Notes: generated from the letters alone by a model not told the origin. Positions 45,630 through 60,588 are shown, counted from the stretch's first letter. The stretch: DNA of 64,000 nt from Amoebidium appalachense (GCA_963693365.1 CAVNZM010000013.1:3624722-3688721), one strand, 5' to 3'. Numbers and translations are program-made.

Positions 45630-48594
45630 TAGAATTTTGTAGTGATGTGTTTCTCAAGCCAATCAATACATCTAATAAACAGGTCGTAGTTACGCGGGTT
45701 TAGTATAAAATCAAGGATGTTGTAATTTACAGGTAGGTTATCTTTCTGGGTGTCTGTTGTGAATGTGACGTGTGTGTGTTGCGGTATTATGTGGTCTATC
45801 AAACTACATTTGGCGATACCTGACCGTTTAAACTGCTGTGTGTGTGTGTTGTTTGGGCATGCAAACGATGCCACCTTATACTTATTAGATCTCCACTGTA
45901 TAGCACGTGTACACTGTAAAAGCGTGGTAATTGATCAATAATACCATCAGCTAGAGAAAGACCAGTTCTACAGGAAGGTAATATGTATTTAGGTGTTATA
46001 CATTTGCGAGTGCCATATTTGGCAATATGGTTAAGGCGGTCAATATATATAAAACGAGTAGTAAGGCTTAGTATTTCAAGGTGCCTGCTTTCATCGGGTC
46101 TAGTGTCGTGTGGTATCTTTTTCCATTTGTTATATTGCGTGATTATCTTGTGATTGTGTACATGTTTAATAAGTAAGTGGCAGTCCAAAGTCACACGCAC
46201 ACTTTTGCGGGGTTTATTTGTATTTGTGCCCGGGGGAGAAGGAGAGAGAGAGGGAAGGAAAGAGGGGGGAGGTGCGGAGGGGACAGGTCGGATAGAGAAG
46301 AGAGGGTGGGAGGGCAAATACTTCTTTAAGCGGCTTATGTGCTTATTGAATTTCAGCGCGAGATGGGATACTCTAGCAGCTATTGGGACCAGACCATATA
46401 TCGAGAGCTTTACGGGCCCAGGTTTACAACAGTTGTTAGATAGAAAGGAGGCAACTTCTGCTTCAAGGAAATTTGCCAAGGGTTTAAGCGCTCTAGTTCT
46501 CTCTTTCTTGATCCAAGCGGCGAGAAGGGGTAAACCATATTCACATGCCGGGAAGACAAAAGTGCGAATAAATGTAAGTCTAATAGAAGGATGGAGGGGT
46601 GTGTCTTTAAAAATATTAGCCGAGAAGAAAGCTAACCGCTTACGAGCCAACTCTACCCTCTTTTCGACCATATGGGAAAACATAACACCAACAGAATTAA
46701 CCGGAACACCAAGATATTTGTATTCTGGAACTATAGGTACAGGTTTAGATGACAATGTAAATGTGTGTAAATTGTTAGCTATATCAGGTACAATAACACC
46801 ACATTTGTCTATGTTAAGGGTCATAAGGTTTGCCTTGCACCACTCTGACACTACATCGAACAGTCTTTGCAGGCGTCTAGGGGTACGGGCAAGGAGGGAC
46901 AGATCATCAGCATAGAGAAGTGCAGGCGGAAAGTTATTAATAGGGTCATCATTTTCGGCGTAAATCTTGACAGCCAAATCATCTATAAATAGGTTAAACA
47001 AAAAGGGGCTAAGCAATGCATACCCTGCAAGAGACCTCTAGTACGAGCAAAACCATATGAAAGATGCCCATTAACCACAGCTCTACCATAGGTTTGAGAC
47101 AAGAGAGACAAGAGTGCTTCTAACAGAACACCAATGCAGTGTGGTACACCCCGTGCAGCAAGCTTTTCCCATAGGAGACCAGGGGAGACAGAATCGTAAG
47201 CAGTTTTCCAATAAAGCCAACATATCGTGCACCAACTTGCATAGAATCGTGCAGTGCCATTATTTGAACATAACATGAATTGTTCTTACGAAAAGCCGAT
47301 TGGCATGGGTGTATGTATGTGAAGAATAGATTGAAGCCTAGGGCCGCGGTGATGTGCAAATAACCTAAGTAAGCAAGCTTCAAAGAATCTACAAACAACC
47401 TGGGTTAGTGTGATGGGGCGAAAAGATGATATGGGGCCCTCAGAGTCTGGGGATCACTAAGGTATCTAACCAAGATGACGGGACATGTCCACATTTAACA
47501 CACCAAGAAAAGAGAGAGCTTAGTTAGCATAATAGTAAGATCAGGTTTAATAGCACGATCACTTTCCTTTTGTCTAAAGGAGGGAACAAGGATTTTAAGA
47601 AACCCAGCAGGAAGTCCATCAGGTCCACAAGACTTACTAGAGCTATAACTAGATATCACAGACCATATGGTATCGGGACTGAAAAAGGGGAGGATCGATT
47701 CTATCGGGATAGATGGGTCTACAGGCCACACAATAGGTTTCTGAGCGGGGGTCCTATCTTTAAACAGTTCCGAGAAATACTTATCAGAGTCTATGAGGGG
47801 GTCTCCAGTGGTATCCCCAATAATACGAGCAGGGGGGCCAAATCGATTCATACTAGCAAGCCGGCGCAAGCTTTCCTTTTGAGACTGAGGGGCTCACCTA
47901 GTCTAGCGGGAGTACTGGTGTTTGGTAACAAGAGAGCATCGGGATATTCCTTCCTACCACCACCAGCATAATCACCGAGATCTATTAAATCATCATTGAC
48001 AACAATAAAGTTAGTGCATGTATCTAGTACGAGATATGAATCTGGTCTGGCTTGTGCAGATTCTAATAGCGCATATATATAGGGTGTTTCGTTACATAGC
48101 ATACACATACATCAACTCTACCCCACTGTGACTTGAGCTGCAGGATAGACGGAGGCGAAAGGTGGGAGGAGGAGGGGGGAGCAGACTCTAGGGAGATCTT
48201 AGGTAGGAAAAGGATAAGAGAGTGGTCAGATGACCTAGAGAGGTTAGGAGGGAGAGAGAGTTTTGACATGGTTGATGGCCAAAAGGGGAGTCGGTGTTGT
48301 GGGCATGGGATATTTGATGGAACCGCAAAGTGTGACTTTGGACATACCTTGCTAAAGGGATAGCGCGCTCCGGGCCGGGGGGCTTAGATGGGTACCCGAC
48401 ACTCACTTGCAGTGTAGATCTGTGTGGTGGAGTCGCGTGTTAAAATCACCTAAAATAACAGTGGACATTGGTAACTGTGACAACTCATGAGTCAATTCGG
48501 CAACCGACATAGATGGTGGGTAATATACAAAAGTAAAAACATTAGAAAGAAACTCTATAGACACCGAGAATTCCGTTTTTGCTACGGTTTGCAC
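45629..48594 (-). mobile_element. Degenerate, 5'-truncated APE-endonuclease/RT non-LTR retrotransposon (LINE) with a (CA)n 3' end
   Basis: Frameshifted ORF pieces in canonical order: endonuclease (YYPP, VILGDFN, SDH), RT (KSCGPDGL, AYDSV, GLLQG, LSPFLF, LLYADD, YKYLG) and a Cys/His C-terminus. The stop at 45629 runs directly into (CA)n. Confidence 0.9.
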
Positions 48595-49675
48595 CTCACT
48601 GTGGCACCCTCGGTGACTCGACTATGACTACACGACTTGACATTTTCAGTGACGACGACTGGCGACTGGTAGTCATGTCGGTACATCGATATCCGTGCAA
48701 TGATTCAGTACGTATACGTACGCGGCAGTGCATGCATGCAGACTTCAAGCAGCGCTAGCCGCGCAAACGGACCCGTAACAGACCGATCCGACGAGTATTA
48801 TTACTCTATGGTATGCATATCAACGTTCGGCGATTGGATGAATCAAAAATGATCGGAGTGGGGTAAATCTTTTTTTAATGGATGCATCCACGTCGGATAA
48901 GATATTACGTATATATGGATATCTAACTCTAGTCACGAAGTTCAAGCGCAGTTTAATAATAAAATATTTTTATATTCGTGGTTTAAGATTCATTTATGGA
49001 CCATTTGTATGCTTCTCTATGTCGTAGACCTGTGTGCCATTTCAAAATCGATAGCAATGTTTTATGCGAATTGGAATGTCGAAGAATAACCATTATCAGG
49101 GTCAGTAAGAATCAGCGCATTCTTTTTCTATATTTACGGGAACAGGGACTGGATTGGTCATGTTTTTGAATATCTCCACATATGATGTATGCCTGATACG
49201 TTATATCTCCGCATATGATTTGTATGTTGTAAGTGTAACCTTGATTTTTTACATGTATATCTTGTTGGGTGGAAGTACTGTTGGCCTTGGTGCCGAGAAC
49301 TCATCACAGCTCACCTACATGTCGTTAATAAACAGCACATTCCCCCCCATTTTTGAGTGCTCCATAACTTCTATTGAGATTTTCAAAATCAAATAGGCCA
49401 CAATTTTACCCAAAAATGCCGCGATATGATTTATTTAATTGTATTTAATTCTGTCGCCTGATATAAATATGAATATTTTAGTCGCATCATTCCAATATCG
49501 CAGGACAGCTCATGCACACACATGATGAGGGGCCCAAAATCCGAGCATTTGTTTTAAAATGTGTTCCAACCCTGTATCAGGGTTCGTCTGTCGCATTCCA
49601 CTATTTTCCCCAAATAAAAAGAGCCCCGCCATTGTGCTGCCTCACACACTGCCTGTGTATGTAGTTAACTAAGCA

Positions 49676-51207
49676 ATGGGTCGCAAGGGTGGAGTTTCAT
49701 CTCTGCTGCTGGGCGCTGCCCTGTTGGGCACCCTCGCGGTGCAGGCGCAAGGTTTTCTATTCCTGTTGAAACCTCTATTTTGCCAGAATACTTGCGGTAC
49801 GTGCGCCCCTCGCCCAACCGCCCCACAAAATATTAATATAGCTGGAGGCCTAGGATGTGGAAGATAAGCTAGTGCACAAATAATGAGAAGAAGTCTGGTC
49901 CAGGAATGCTCCACACCTCTCTGTAGCTGCGCGTTGTGCCTTTCAGAGAATATTGGTTCACAAATATTCTACAACCATGTTCTTTATTATTCACGTCGTA
50001 CGGTTAAGGCCCCATAGAAGACAAATGTTCTCGAACCTTTGCGTACACCTACATTCTTGTGTGTATACCGTTGAGCACTTGCCTGACACAGTATCCCCGT
50101 ATAACTTTTTTTTTCCTTTTTCCTGTACAGGAAGCGACGGCAAAAACTGTGTTCAGGATATCCGTGGTTGTGGACACTGCACCTGCTGTGACTGGGGTGC
50201 ACGGTACGACCCTGGCCAGGACCGTTGCATTGGGCCCCCTCCACCCCCGCCACCACCACCACCACCACCACCACCGCCCCGCCCGCCACCACCCCCTCCC
50301 CCACCACCACCACCACCGCCCCCACCTCCACCACCACCCCCACCACCACCAGGACAGAATGGTAAGTGTCGTGCTCTCTCTCTCTCCCCCTCTTCTCCCC
50401 CCCCCCCCCCCCCCCCCTCTCTCTCTTTCAGACTCCAATTGAAGCTTGGACGTTGGATACTCCATTTAGCAGCCATGCCCACATTGTGTTGTGGTTCTCT
50501 CAGAAAGTCTTTGAGCATCAAACTATACAATTCCGCTGTCTAACCACACCACCACTTTCTTCTACGCAGGCGCCAACTTCATCGGCTGCTTTATCGACCA
50601 GGCTGCCCGCGATCTCACCGGCCGTGGCCCGATTGTACGCAATGACTTGACGCCTGATGTGTGCAAAAGTTTGTGCAAGGACTTCCAGTTCTACGGCATG
50701 CAGATGGGCAACGAGTGCTACTGCGATAACAACTACGGCAAGTACGGTGCTGCCCCTGGCGACTGCACCATTAGGTGTGCCGGCAACAACAACTTCTTCT
50801 GCGGCAATGGATGGAGGAACACCGTCTACAAGAACCCTGACTATGTGCCAGGTGAATAGTTGCACCCCCTGGTTGTGTACACGTACGGCACATGGAATTG
50901 ACGAGTCCTACTGGTTACTCTGGCCGCAGTTGTGGATGACTGTGTGCATGGTGGTTGGGTTCCTTTTTTGTTAACATAAGGTTTTTATGGTTGTCAACAG
51001 TTTTTTTTTGTCCATTATTCTTACTCTCCATCTCCTCCCCAACAGCCGACTATAGTATGGTCGATGTTGCACTCGGGAACGAGTTCCGTCAGTGCGACGC
51101 CTCTCGGGCGATCCTGACTGGCCCGGCAGACAACGTGCAGGCCTGCCGTATCAGGTAGGTCAACACCCCAGTTGATTGCACTATCTCGTATTCTACTCAC
51201 CCTTCCC

Positions 51208-51250
<43 letters not shown>

Positions 51251-53388
51251 AAAAAAAAACCTCCACCCGTCCCTACCCCTATACTACCATCCCAATCACA
51301 CTTCATACTGGAAGCCTGAAAGTGCTGAAGTCACCACAAATCAAGCGATTCCGGGGCTATATTTGCCCCTTTTCACCAGAGTTCCAACATAAGACATCTT
51401 CCAGCCACTTCAGATTTCGAACTGACTTCATCTTGTTTGCAGGTGCGGAAACACCCCCAACTGCCGCTACATCACGTTCTTCCGGTCAGGCCGCTGCAGC
51501 CTCTTCAACATGTGCACTCTTGTCCCCGCCACCGAGCAGGCCACCGTCATGCGCGTCACAGCTGCCCCCGAGCCCGACTACGCCATGACCAACCAGCTTG
51601 CGGGTGCATGCGATTTCTCGAACGCTCTTCAGAGCGCTACACAGAAAGTTGCTGATGCACAGGACTGCCGGCTGGCGTGTGCACGCACCAAGGACTGCCG
51701 CTACGCAACGTTCAACCGGGTCACCGGCCGTTGCGGTCTGTTCAAGGTCTGCGAGTTGGATCCCGCGAATGCTGCCGATTCAACGATCTTTTTCATTGAT
51801 GGCGCCCCTGTGCCCAAGCGTAAGTGACAGCCCCTTTCCCCACCCTCCCTGCCAACGACACTCTTCTCCTCGTTTCTATCCTGTACCCTTGGCTAATATC
51901 ATCTTCTAGTATCTTTCGCTTCTTGTCCCTGTGAGTCTCTTATGTTTTTTGGCTACAGGAGTTTTCGGCGATATCAACATACACAATAATACTCGTCAAT
52001 AAACACAAACTGACAATCACCACTATCTCATTATACAGCGGCCGACTATAACATGCAGCAGTACGAGGTTCCCCGCAGCTGCGACTACGCATCTGCCCTC
52101 AAGAACGTCGGTGTGGTTGCCGATGTCGCCGCCTGCCGTGCCGAGTGTGGGCGTGCCACTGGCTGCCGCTACATCACCTTCCACACCACCACCAAGCGTT
52201 GTGGCCTGTTTGCCACGTGCAACATCGTGCCCCCCACTGATGGCTCTTTCATTTACTTTGTCGCCGGTGCCCCTGATCCGGCTGGTATGTCGCAGAATTC
52301 CCTCAACATCATCCTCAACTCTTCCTCCTCCCCCCTCCCCCCCCCCCCCCCCCCCCCCCCCCCTCCCGTCAGCAAAAAGAAAATTGGCTCTCTTGAACTC
52401 CTCCTGCTTATGCCGTGTCCAGTGGTGTCCAGTGCCAAGGGCGAAAAACAGGCTGCGTGTTAATTTTACATGTTTTTTGCATCGTCGCACTGCCAGTAAG
52501 CCCTAAACACTCCACCCGAAACCACCCGCCCCTCCTCCTGCTTCACCACCCCTTCCCTCATTAATGTTCGCAGTTTCACTTGCTCAATCACTCACCCACA
52601 CAGACCTCGATATTGGCACCATCAACGTGATTATCAAGGACGACAGCAACAGGCCCTACGGGCGCATCACTGTTCGTCTGGTGAATGCCCAGGGCACAGT
52701 TGTCGCTTTGGGCGCCACCGATGCCAATGGCCTTGTCAACTTCAAGGCTCCCCCCGGCCAATACACCGTCGTGCCCACGTTCCCTGCCTCGCGCAGACCT
52801 AAACCCCCTGCCGACAAATTTACGATCACGATCGCCACAGGCGCCAACAAGGACTTCACGCAGGTTATCAAGCTCCAGGGCGACACCGGCACTATTACGA
52901 TTGTGATCCGTGATCCCGATGGTGTTCCTCTGTCCAACACTGAGGTTGAGGTCTACAACCTGCAGGGCACCCTGGTGACCACTGCCACAACCAACAATGA
53001 CGGCAAGATTACGATCACGGTGCCACCCGGCCAGTACACGATTAGGCCGATCTACCCCGCCGATCGCCAGCCTGCCGATAGTGAGGACAGCGAGTTTACG
53101 ATTACGATCCAGTCCGGCACCAATCCCGATGAGGAGATTGTGCCCGTCCTGCCCCCCGTCCCTGGTAAGAACCCCCCTCCCCCCCCCCCCCCCCCCCTTC
53201 CCCCCCCCCCCCCCCCCCCCCCGGGGACCCTCCCCCCCCTCCCCCTCTCCCCCTCGCAACTACACACAGCAAACACGAGGCACACTGCTACTTGTTCACC
53301 ATTTTGCCTTCTGCTAGTAATAGCCGTACAACATAGTAACCCTATGAGGTAATAACAAGAACAAAGAAATGTTGAAATAACCTGTGCA

Positions 53389-53422
<34 letters not shown>

Positions 53423-53890
53423 CATACCAGCAGCCAATCACCTCACCAACCCAATCGTCATTTCCTAACTTCAATTGTGAAATTTCAGGCAAGATCAATG
53501 GTTTTATCTACAACGACAAGAACTCCGACAACAAGGTTGATCCCAATGAGGGTCTCTCCAAGGTCACCATCACCCTCACATCCGCCGGTCAGGCCCCCCG
53601 CACCGCCGTCACGGCCGCAAATGGTTTCTATGAATTTGCGCCCCTTAAGCCCGGCACATATGTCGTCACAGTTGGCAACATTCCCGGCGTGCCGGCCACC
53701 GTGCCCCGCTCAAAGACCATCACCCTTGCCGGCGGCCAGACGTCCAAGTTCGATCTGAGGATTCTGGGCAACATCAACCCAGCGCCCCCTGCACCCAAGC
53801 CAGGTGTGAGTGTGTTGTGTGTGCCCGTGTGTATGTACCGGCCCCATCGCTTCTCTGCCCCCCTCTCACTCTCTCTCTCTCTCTCCCCCC

Positions 53891-53921
<31 letters not shown>

Positions 53922-54699
53922 AAAAAAAAAAAACATGCACGGACATCCTTGCTGGTAGTTTCCCAATGCATGCTTTCCGCTAAAGTATCACGTACCCGGT
54001 CTTTACTCTTGCCTGTTCTGCAGGATTTTTCCGGCGTTCTGACCGTCCCTTTTCCACAGCCACGATCACGGGCAGCGTGTTCATCGACAGCAACAAGAAC
54101 CAGGCCTTCGACCAGGGCGAACCCCCTGTGCCCTCCATCCCCATGACCCTGCTCAACGCTCAGGGCAACCAGGTGGCCGGTGGCAAAGTCACCACGGACG
54201 CCAACGGTGGCTTCACCTTCCCCCCCGTCCCTGCCGGCACATACACCGTACGTGCTGATCTCTCGTCGCGTAACGATGTGGCCAACCCTACGGCCGAGGG
54301 ATCCATTACGGTTAAGGCTGGCGGCAAGTTCACTCTCAGATTCGCCATCGAGCGTATGTATTCCTTCCCCTTCCCCCCTCCCCCCCCCCCTCCCCCCCCC
54401 CTTCCCTCCCTCCCCCTTGCCTGCCCTTCCCCAGCACACACATGGAATAGAATAAGAGTAGAAAAGGGAGGTGAGAGGGAGAGAGAAAAGGATGGGTAGT
54501 GCCACAGTGTTGCAGGCATGTGCACGTGCAGTCGCATGCATGCATATCCACAGTCATGCTCTCGCCCTCTCCCTTTCTACTAGTAGTAAAGTTTTCTTGG
54601 CTTCAATTCATCAGTGTATCGTCGACCTTGTTTGAGCTACATTCTTGACAGTAATCGTCCATACTAACACAAACATGCATCGCTCCCCCTTTTCGCATT

Positions 54700-54742
<43 letters not shown>

Positions 54743-54827
54743 GCACACACACACACAAATGCGTACAGCCTCCGACCAGCCTAGTTATGATGACTTCGGC
54801 GGCGGATTCGACGACCACAACTATTAA
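49676..54827 (+). CDS. Secreted mosaic adhesin-like protein: signal peptide, Cys-rich, polyPro, WSC, 3x PAN/apple-like, 2x carboxypeptidase-regulatory/prealbumin-like, 2x SdrD-B-like
   Basis: Exons 49676-49751, 50131-50361, 50570-50851, 51046-51154, 51443-51819, 52039-52284, 52604-53164, 53489-53803, 54060-54353, 54769-54827 (last exon least certain). WSC: FIGCFID...LTPDVCKSLC...YGMQMGNECYC...C.GN...CG. PAN: CxxxC...CRYxTF...RCxLF, three times. SdrD-B-like: GFIYNDKNSDNKVDPNE...NGFYEF...PGTY and GSVFIDSNKNQAFDQGE...TDANGGFTF...AGTY. Confidence 0.85.
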
Positions 54828-55880
54828 CGCATGGTGCCTAGGCATGCCACGGAACTTCCAATAGGTTAATGGGGTCTCCCAAGCTGATAAGTTCATAAAA
54901 ATTATTTATCAGTAAAACGGTGTTATTTAATTATAAGTGTTATGCTACAGGCAAGCATGTCACACCGTAGAAATAGAAATATTTACAATATATAATTGGT
55001 GTCTGTGATTGGCATGTTGCCCCTAGACACACATCTCCACGTGAGAAATAGTAAGAGATCACGTGGTTCAGTAAATCTTATTCCACTCCCCGATCAATGT
55101 AGCTGTTGCAGCCATCTGGCACGTGCATACTACGCAATACCAATGTGGTCTAATTTGTCTTTTTTTTTTGGGGGGGGGGGGGGGGGGTTTGCGCATCACG
55201 GCGGGGGGGGGGGGGGGGGGGGCTTGCACCTTATAATCACGATGGCAGGTGTCCTCTTTCAAGGCCTCCACACCGTGTGCTATTTATTTTCTGCATGGCC
55301 TCGTGTCAGGGATGCAAGGCATTAGCACGAATAGGCTGCGGATTGGACCATAAAAAAGGATAGTACTGGTTTTGTATTGATTTGCACGTGTCTGTATGTG
55401 CCCAGTTACTACACGTGCACAACCATCAGCTATATTCAAAACTTTGGCAAAACGGACAACATACAAAGAGATAACAATTGTTGCATGCAACTAGCTAATC
55501 ACCAAAATTGGGTAGCTAATCACCAAAATTAGGTTGGTTTGCGAGAAAAGGTAGTCTTCGAGCGCCAAGATCTAGAAGCGGTAGACACAATGAATATGAA
55601 TTTGAATATGGTAGGGGGCTCCAGCAAAATGGTACCAAGGCTGCAGGCGCTTACACAAATCCTCAAAAGAGCATGCATATTCATTGAAGTCACACATACG
55701 CGCGTGCACACACCACTTGCGCACACACTTTTGGCCTCATATTCAATCTACACAAGCACTGGCACCCATCCATGTATGCATACATTCTACCTGCTTGCCT
55801 TCCCCCCCCCCCCCCCCCACCACCACACACACACACAAACTCCCCACACACAAACACACACACACACGTGCACACACTGT

Positions 55881-55919
<39 letters not shown>

Positions 55920-56336
55920 TTAGATATCCGTGAGCCTCAAGCCTCAGAATTGCGTTAATATTACATCTGTAAATGTCCCTATGGAAGACGTATGTCGTAT
56001 CACCGGATTTGCTGGAGAGAGCGGCCAATAAAGTGCAAACATGCAGGTCCCCCCATAAGTGATTCTTGATTTTGAAACGGGGAGGGGGTTAGTAGTAACT
56101 TTTTTTTGGGGGGGGGGGGGGGGGGAGGGGAGGACCCGCCCACCCCATAGGCTGCATCATTACGTGACTATATCAGATAACCTGATCACATAATAGTACT
56201 ATAATCAGCAGCGGTTTAAAAACAATGCCGAAACGTACCAACTAATAGGATTCCATGCATATGATCACCTGCAACTCAGGCTATAGGCATACGGTCATAC
56301 CCCCCCCCCCCATCCCCCCCCTCCCCCCAGGGGCCC

Positions 56337-56385
<49 letters not shown>

Positions 56386-56419
56386 CCCCCGGCGGAGCTC
56401 GAGGGCACGAACGGGTGAG

Positions 56420-56458
<39 letters not shown>

Positions 56459-56462
56459 CAAG

Positions 56463-56494
<32 letters not shown>

Positions 56495-56660
56495 CACTTT
56501 GTGTGTGTGCGTGGTGCTTGTGTGCATGTGTGTGTACGCCGGCGGGCACGCGCGCACGCTCGTGTGTGTGCGTGTATGCGCGCGCGCACGCTCGCGTATG
56601 TGTGTGTCTGTGTGTGCGTGTGTGTGCATATGTAAGTGTGTGTTTGTGTGTGTGAGTGAC

Positions 56661-56709
<49 letters not shown>

Positions 56710-56851
56710 ACGGCCGCGCGTGCGCGCGCGTGTTTGTGCAAGTATAGGTGCAAGCGCGCTCACGTGTGTGTGGTGCGTGTGTGTGTGTGCACGTGAGTGT
56801 GTGTGCAGTATGGGGAGGGGGGGGGGGGGGGGGGACGGGAAAGAGGAGGGG

Positions 56852-57169
56852 GATATGCATCTGGTGGCCAAAAAGAATACCGTCTTTGGTGGGTGAATAC
56901 TTCGGGGACTCTTTAATACCATGATCACGCGCATGCGGGGGGGAGGGGGGGGGGGGGGGGACCAACCACCCCGCTCGGCCAGGTGGGTCCCTCCCTCCGG
57001 GAGGGGGGGAGGGACCCCTGCGGCTACCTTGGGGGGGGGGGGGGGGACACCCACCCCCGGGAGAGGGTGCCCCCCCCCCCTCCCCCGAGGGGGGAAGGGG
57101 GTACCACCAGGGGGGGACGTCGATATTTACTAATCTCCCCCCGCCCATTTCAAATTCAAAAATCCCTAA
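56852..57169. repeat. Dispersed repeat, copy 2
   Basis: Same block order as 44624-45011, and homology stops at AAAAATCCCTAA. Confidence 0.8.
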
Positions 57170-57578
57170 GAACCCCCCCCCCCCCCCACCACCACCCCCT
57201 TTCTCCCTAAAGCAAGTAAGTTTCCAAAAGGGATCCGGATTCAAAGTTTTTAGAAGAAAATTTAGTTTTGTTTTGTCTGTTTTTAAAGTCGAAGAAAGTA
57301 ATGGTGGTGTTGGGAGCAGCGCTAGCAGTGGTGGCGTGGGTTCTTTGTGGACAAATTCAGCAAATGTAATAATCATTCCCAAGAGTGACATAGCTGAATC
57401 TTTTAGCTTCAGCACGGAAGGACTAGAGTTTTTCTCCATCGCACGTGCATATGCACCATTGCTTGGCAAAAAGACATAGAATAGTACTATCAAACCTTTA
57501 TGTTGGCTTGGATGCTAATATGTACATATTAGTGTCTCGTGTGTGTGTGTGTCACGGTGTGTGTGCGTGTGCGTGCGC

Positions 57579-57661
<83 letters not shown>

Positions 57662-59316
57662 ACGCGCGCGCGCGTGTGTATGTGTGTGTGTGGGGGGGTT
57701 GGGGGGTAATACTACTTGTGTGTAGCTTGCACGTGTGTGTTTATGTGTATGCCAACGCGCAGCGACCGTGACTGTACGGTGCGTGTACTTTCAAACCAAA
57801 AACCAACCGACTCTGAGACCGTCGAGTTATACATAATACAAACGTTTCTCTCCCCAAAAAACCCAATCAAAGTAACACCTACCAACAACAAAAAACCTTT
57901 GAACTGATAAGAAAATATAATCATGATCAGGCAGTATTAATTTGTGTCCGTTTTAGGTTGGCAAAGTCCAAACAAGGCCACCCGGTTCATAGAGCCCAAT
58001 CATTGGTTACCTATCCGTGACATATATTCGGGATTTCTCATATGGGTGCATGGGAAGCGTGTGACAATGCACACGCACAGTGTCACGGGCCGAGCAATTC
58101 TTGCCTGCAATATACACACCGTGACGGCTCAGCAGTTGTGAATCACACAAGTTGTATGCAGGTGAGTCATGCAGCACACAAGTGCCCAAGCACATACCTT
58201 CCAATCGTACCTGTGTGTGTGTGTGTGTGTGGTGGTGGTGGGGGGGGGGGGGGGAGGGGAGGGAGGAGGGGAAGGGGGGGGGGGGGGGGGAGAGGGAAGG
58301 GTGAGATCGATCAGGCTCGAGGAGGAGGGAGGAGAAAGGGGAGGGGGATTAGATAACGAGCCCTACTGGCTGTACTTGAATATTATCCGTTCCCGCAAAG
58401 GTTCATGATATCATTTCCCCCCACACAAGCCTTCTGTATACCTTATAATGTTTTCCCAAAACCATGAGCTTTAGTCTACGGCACCTATCCAAGGCTTGAT
58501 TATCTCGCAGCAAAGACACCCCCCCCCCCCCCCCCCCCCCAACTCCCCCCCCCCCTCCCGCGGTTGTTCACCCTCGCTTCTATAGTGGCCGTCTTAGAGT
58601 TCACTTCAGCATAGACTGCATGTATCCCCACCTGAAATTATATTCAAATGAAGCAGCCAGTGCCCACATGTACAGGCTTTAGAATTGCTAACAGCAATCA
58701 TTCGAACTTAGATTGCCTTGAATAATCACCTGTGTTCCGAGAACTTGTGGCACCACATTTGAGGTGTGCACCTGAAAAAGCAGCCTTACGTATACAGTGC
58801 CTCTCTTCTCGACCAGCCTTTTTGATAGTTCTGCAACCATGGTTCCGCGTATTTCACGACCCCCCCCCCCCCCCCCCCCCCCTCAAAAAAAATAAAAAAA
58901 TTAAGGTTGTGCACGTGTAAGTTATTACTGAGCGGTAAATTCACTTGGCAAGAGTCATAAGCAAAAAACTTTTTTGAGTACACACACACACACAGGGTTG
59001 GCATTATGAATGTAAACATGCACACGCGCACATACGCACACGCACACACACGCAAATAAAAAACGCACACGCACGCACACACAACACGACCACGTGCGTG
59101 TTCGACTCCACAGATGCATGCACACAAACACCGCACTGTCAGTTGACCACTGCATGCACATTCTATACCCCACTTAATGTGTAGTTTCCATTTAACCCTA
59201 CCCCTCCTACCCTTCCGTATCTTCAATACATCTCTTGCCCTCCCCCCTCGCCCGCCCCCTCCTCCCCTCCCCCCCTTCCCCTTTCCCCCCTACATCCCGC
59301 CTCCCCCCCCCCCCCC

Positions 59317-59348
<32 letters not shown>

Positions 59349-59529
59349 AAAAAAAAAAAAAAAAACTACCACCTAGGCCATTCGAATTCCCTCTGTGCCC
59401 CCCCCCATCCCCCCCCCCTCCCCCCCCCCCCCCCCCCCCCCCCCCCCTCAATTACTCACCAAACACACGTGCGTGCGCGCACACACACACACACACCGTC
59501 ACACACACACTCACACACACAAACACCGT

Positions 59530-59623
<94 letters not shown>

Positions 59624-59659
59624 AACACACAAACACACACACACCCACACACACCCACA

Positions 59660-59779
<120 letters not shown>

Positions 59780-59986
59780 TTTCCTTTTTTTGTTTTCCCT
59801 TTTAATCCCGTTTTGTTCCCGGAGGGACCTCTTGCGCCCTCAGGGGTAACTACCGTCTTCCACCCAGCACCGACAGTACTCTAGCTAGGGTGCGCCGGTA
59901 CTATTAGCTAAGCTAACACACCTTTAAACAATCCTAACTATTTGCACACACTTTGCCCAGGGTATTCACCCCAGCCACGCCGGTGG

Positions 59987-60023
<37 letters not shown>

Positions 60024-60536
60024 GATCATTGCAACGTCCATTGTCTCCGACCCTGATTGCCATCAGACTCAATCCACAACCCCTCACGGCAAAAAACGTC
60101 GATTCTTCCATGTTTACACAGCCCAGGAACATAATTCCCGGCAACCACGTGTCTCATTCTGCACGTGCACTTAACAGCTGTGCGAGCTGCCGCCGAACCG
60201 TCACTAGTACTAATTTAGAGAAACTTTCCTATCGGATATTTGCTAACTAGCCGTACGAGGGCCAACCCCGCCCCCAGCTGCAGCAAGACTTATCCAACAT
60301 GATGTCAACTCTCAACATCATCATGAGGATCCGCCATGACCCATGTGAACATTCACACAGCTCATTCACACACTGTGGCCAGCATCACCGACGTGTAAGG
60401 AATAACTAGTATGTACAAAAAGAAGGGATCGATCGACGGAAAGTTTTCAGTTATTTTTTTTTTTTTTTTTTTTTTTTTGGCTGCATCAGAAGAAAACAGG
60501 CAAAGCACGAACAACGAAGGTTCCGGGAACGAGAAG

Positions 60537-60588
<52 letters not shown>

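Noticed and set aside
57200-57500. Non-repetitive stretch open on both strands
   Set aside because: No recognisable domain, so a product cannot be assigned.
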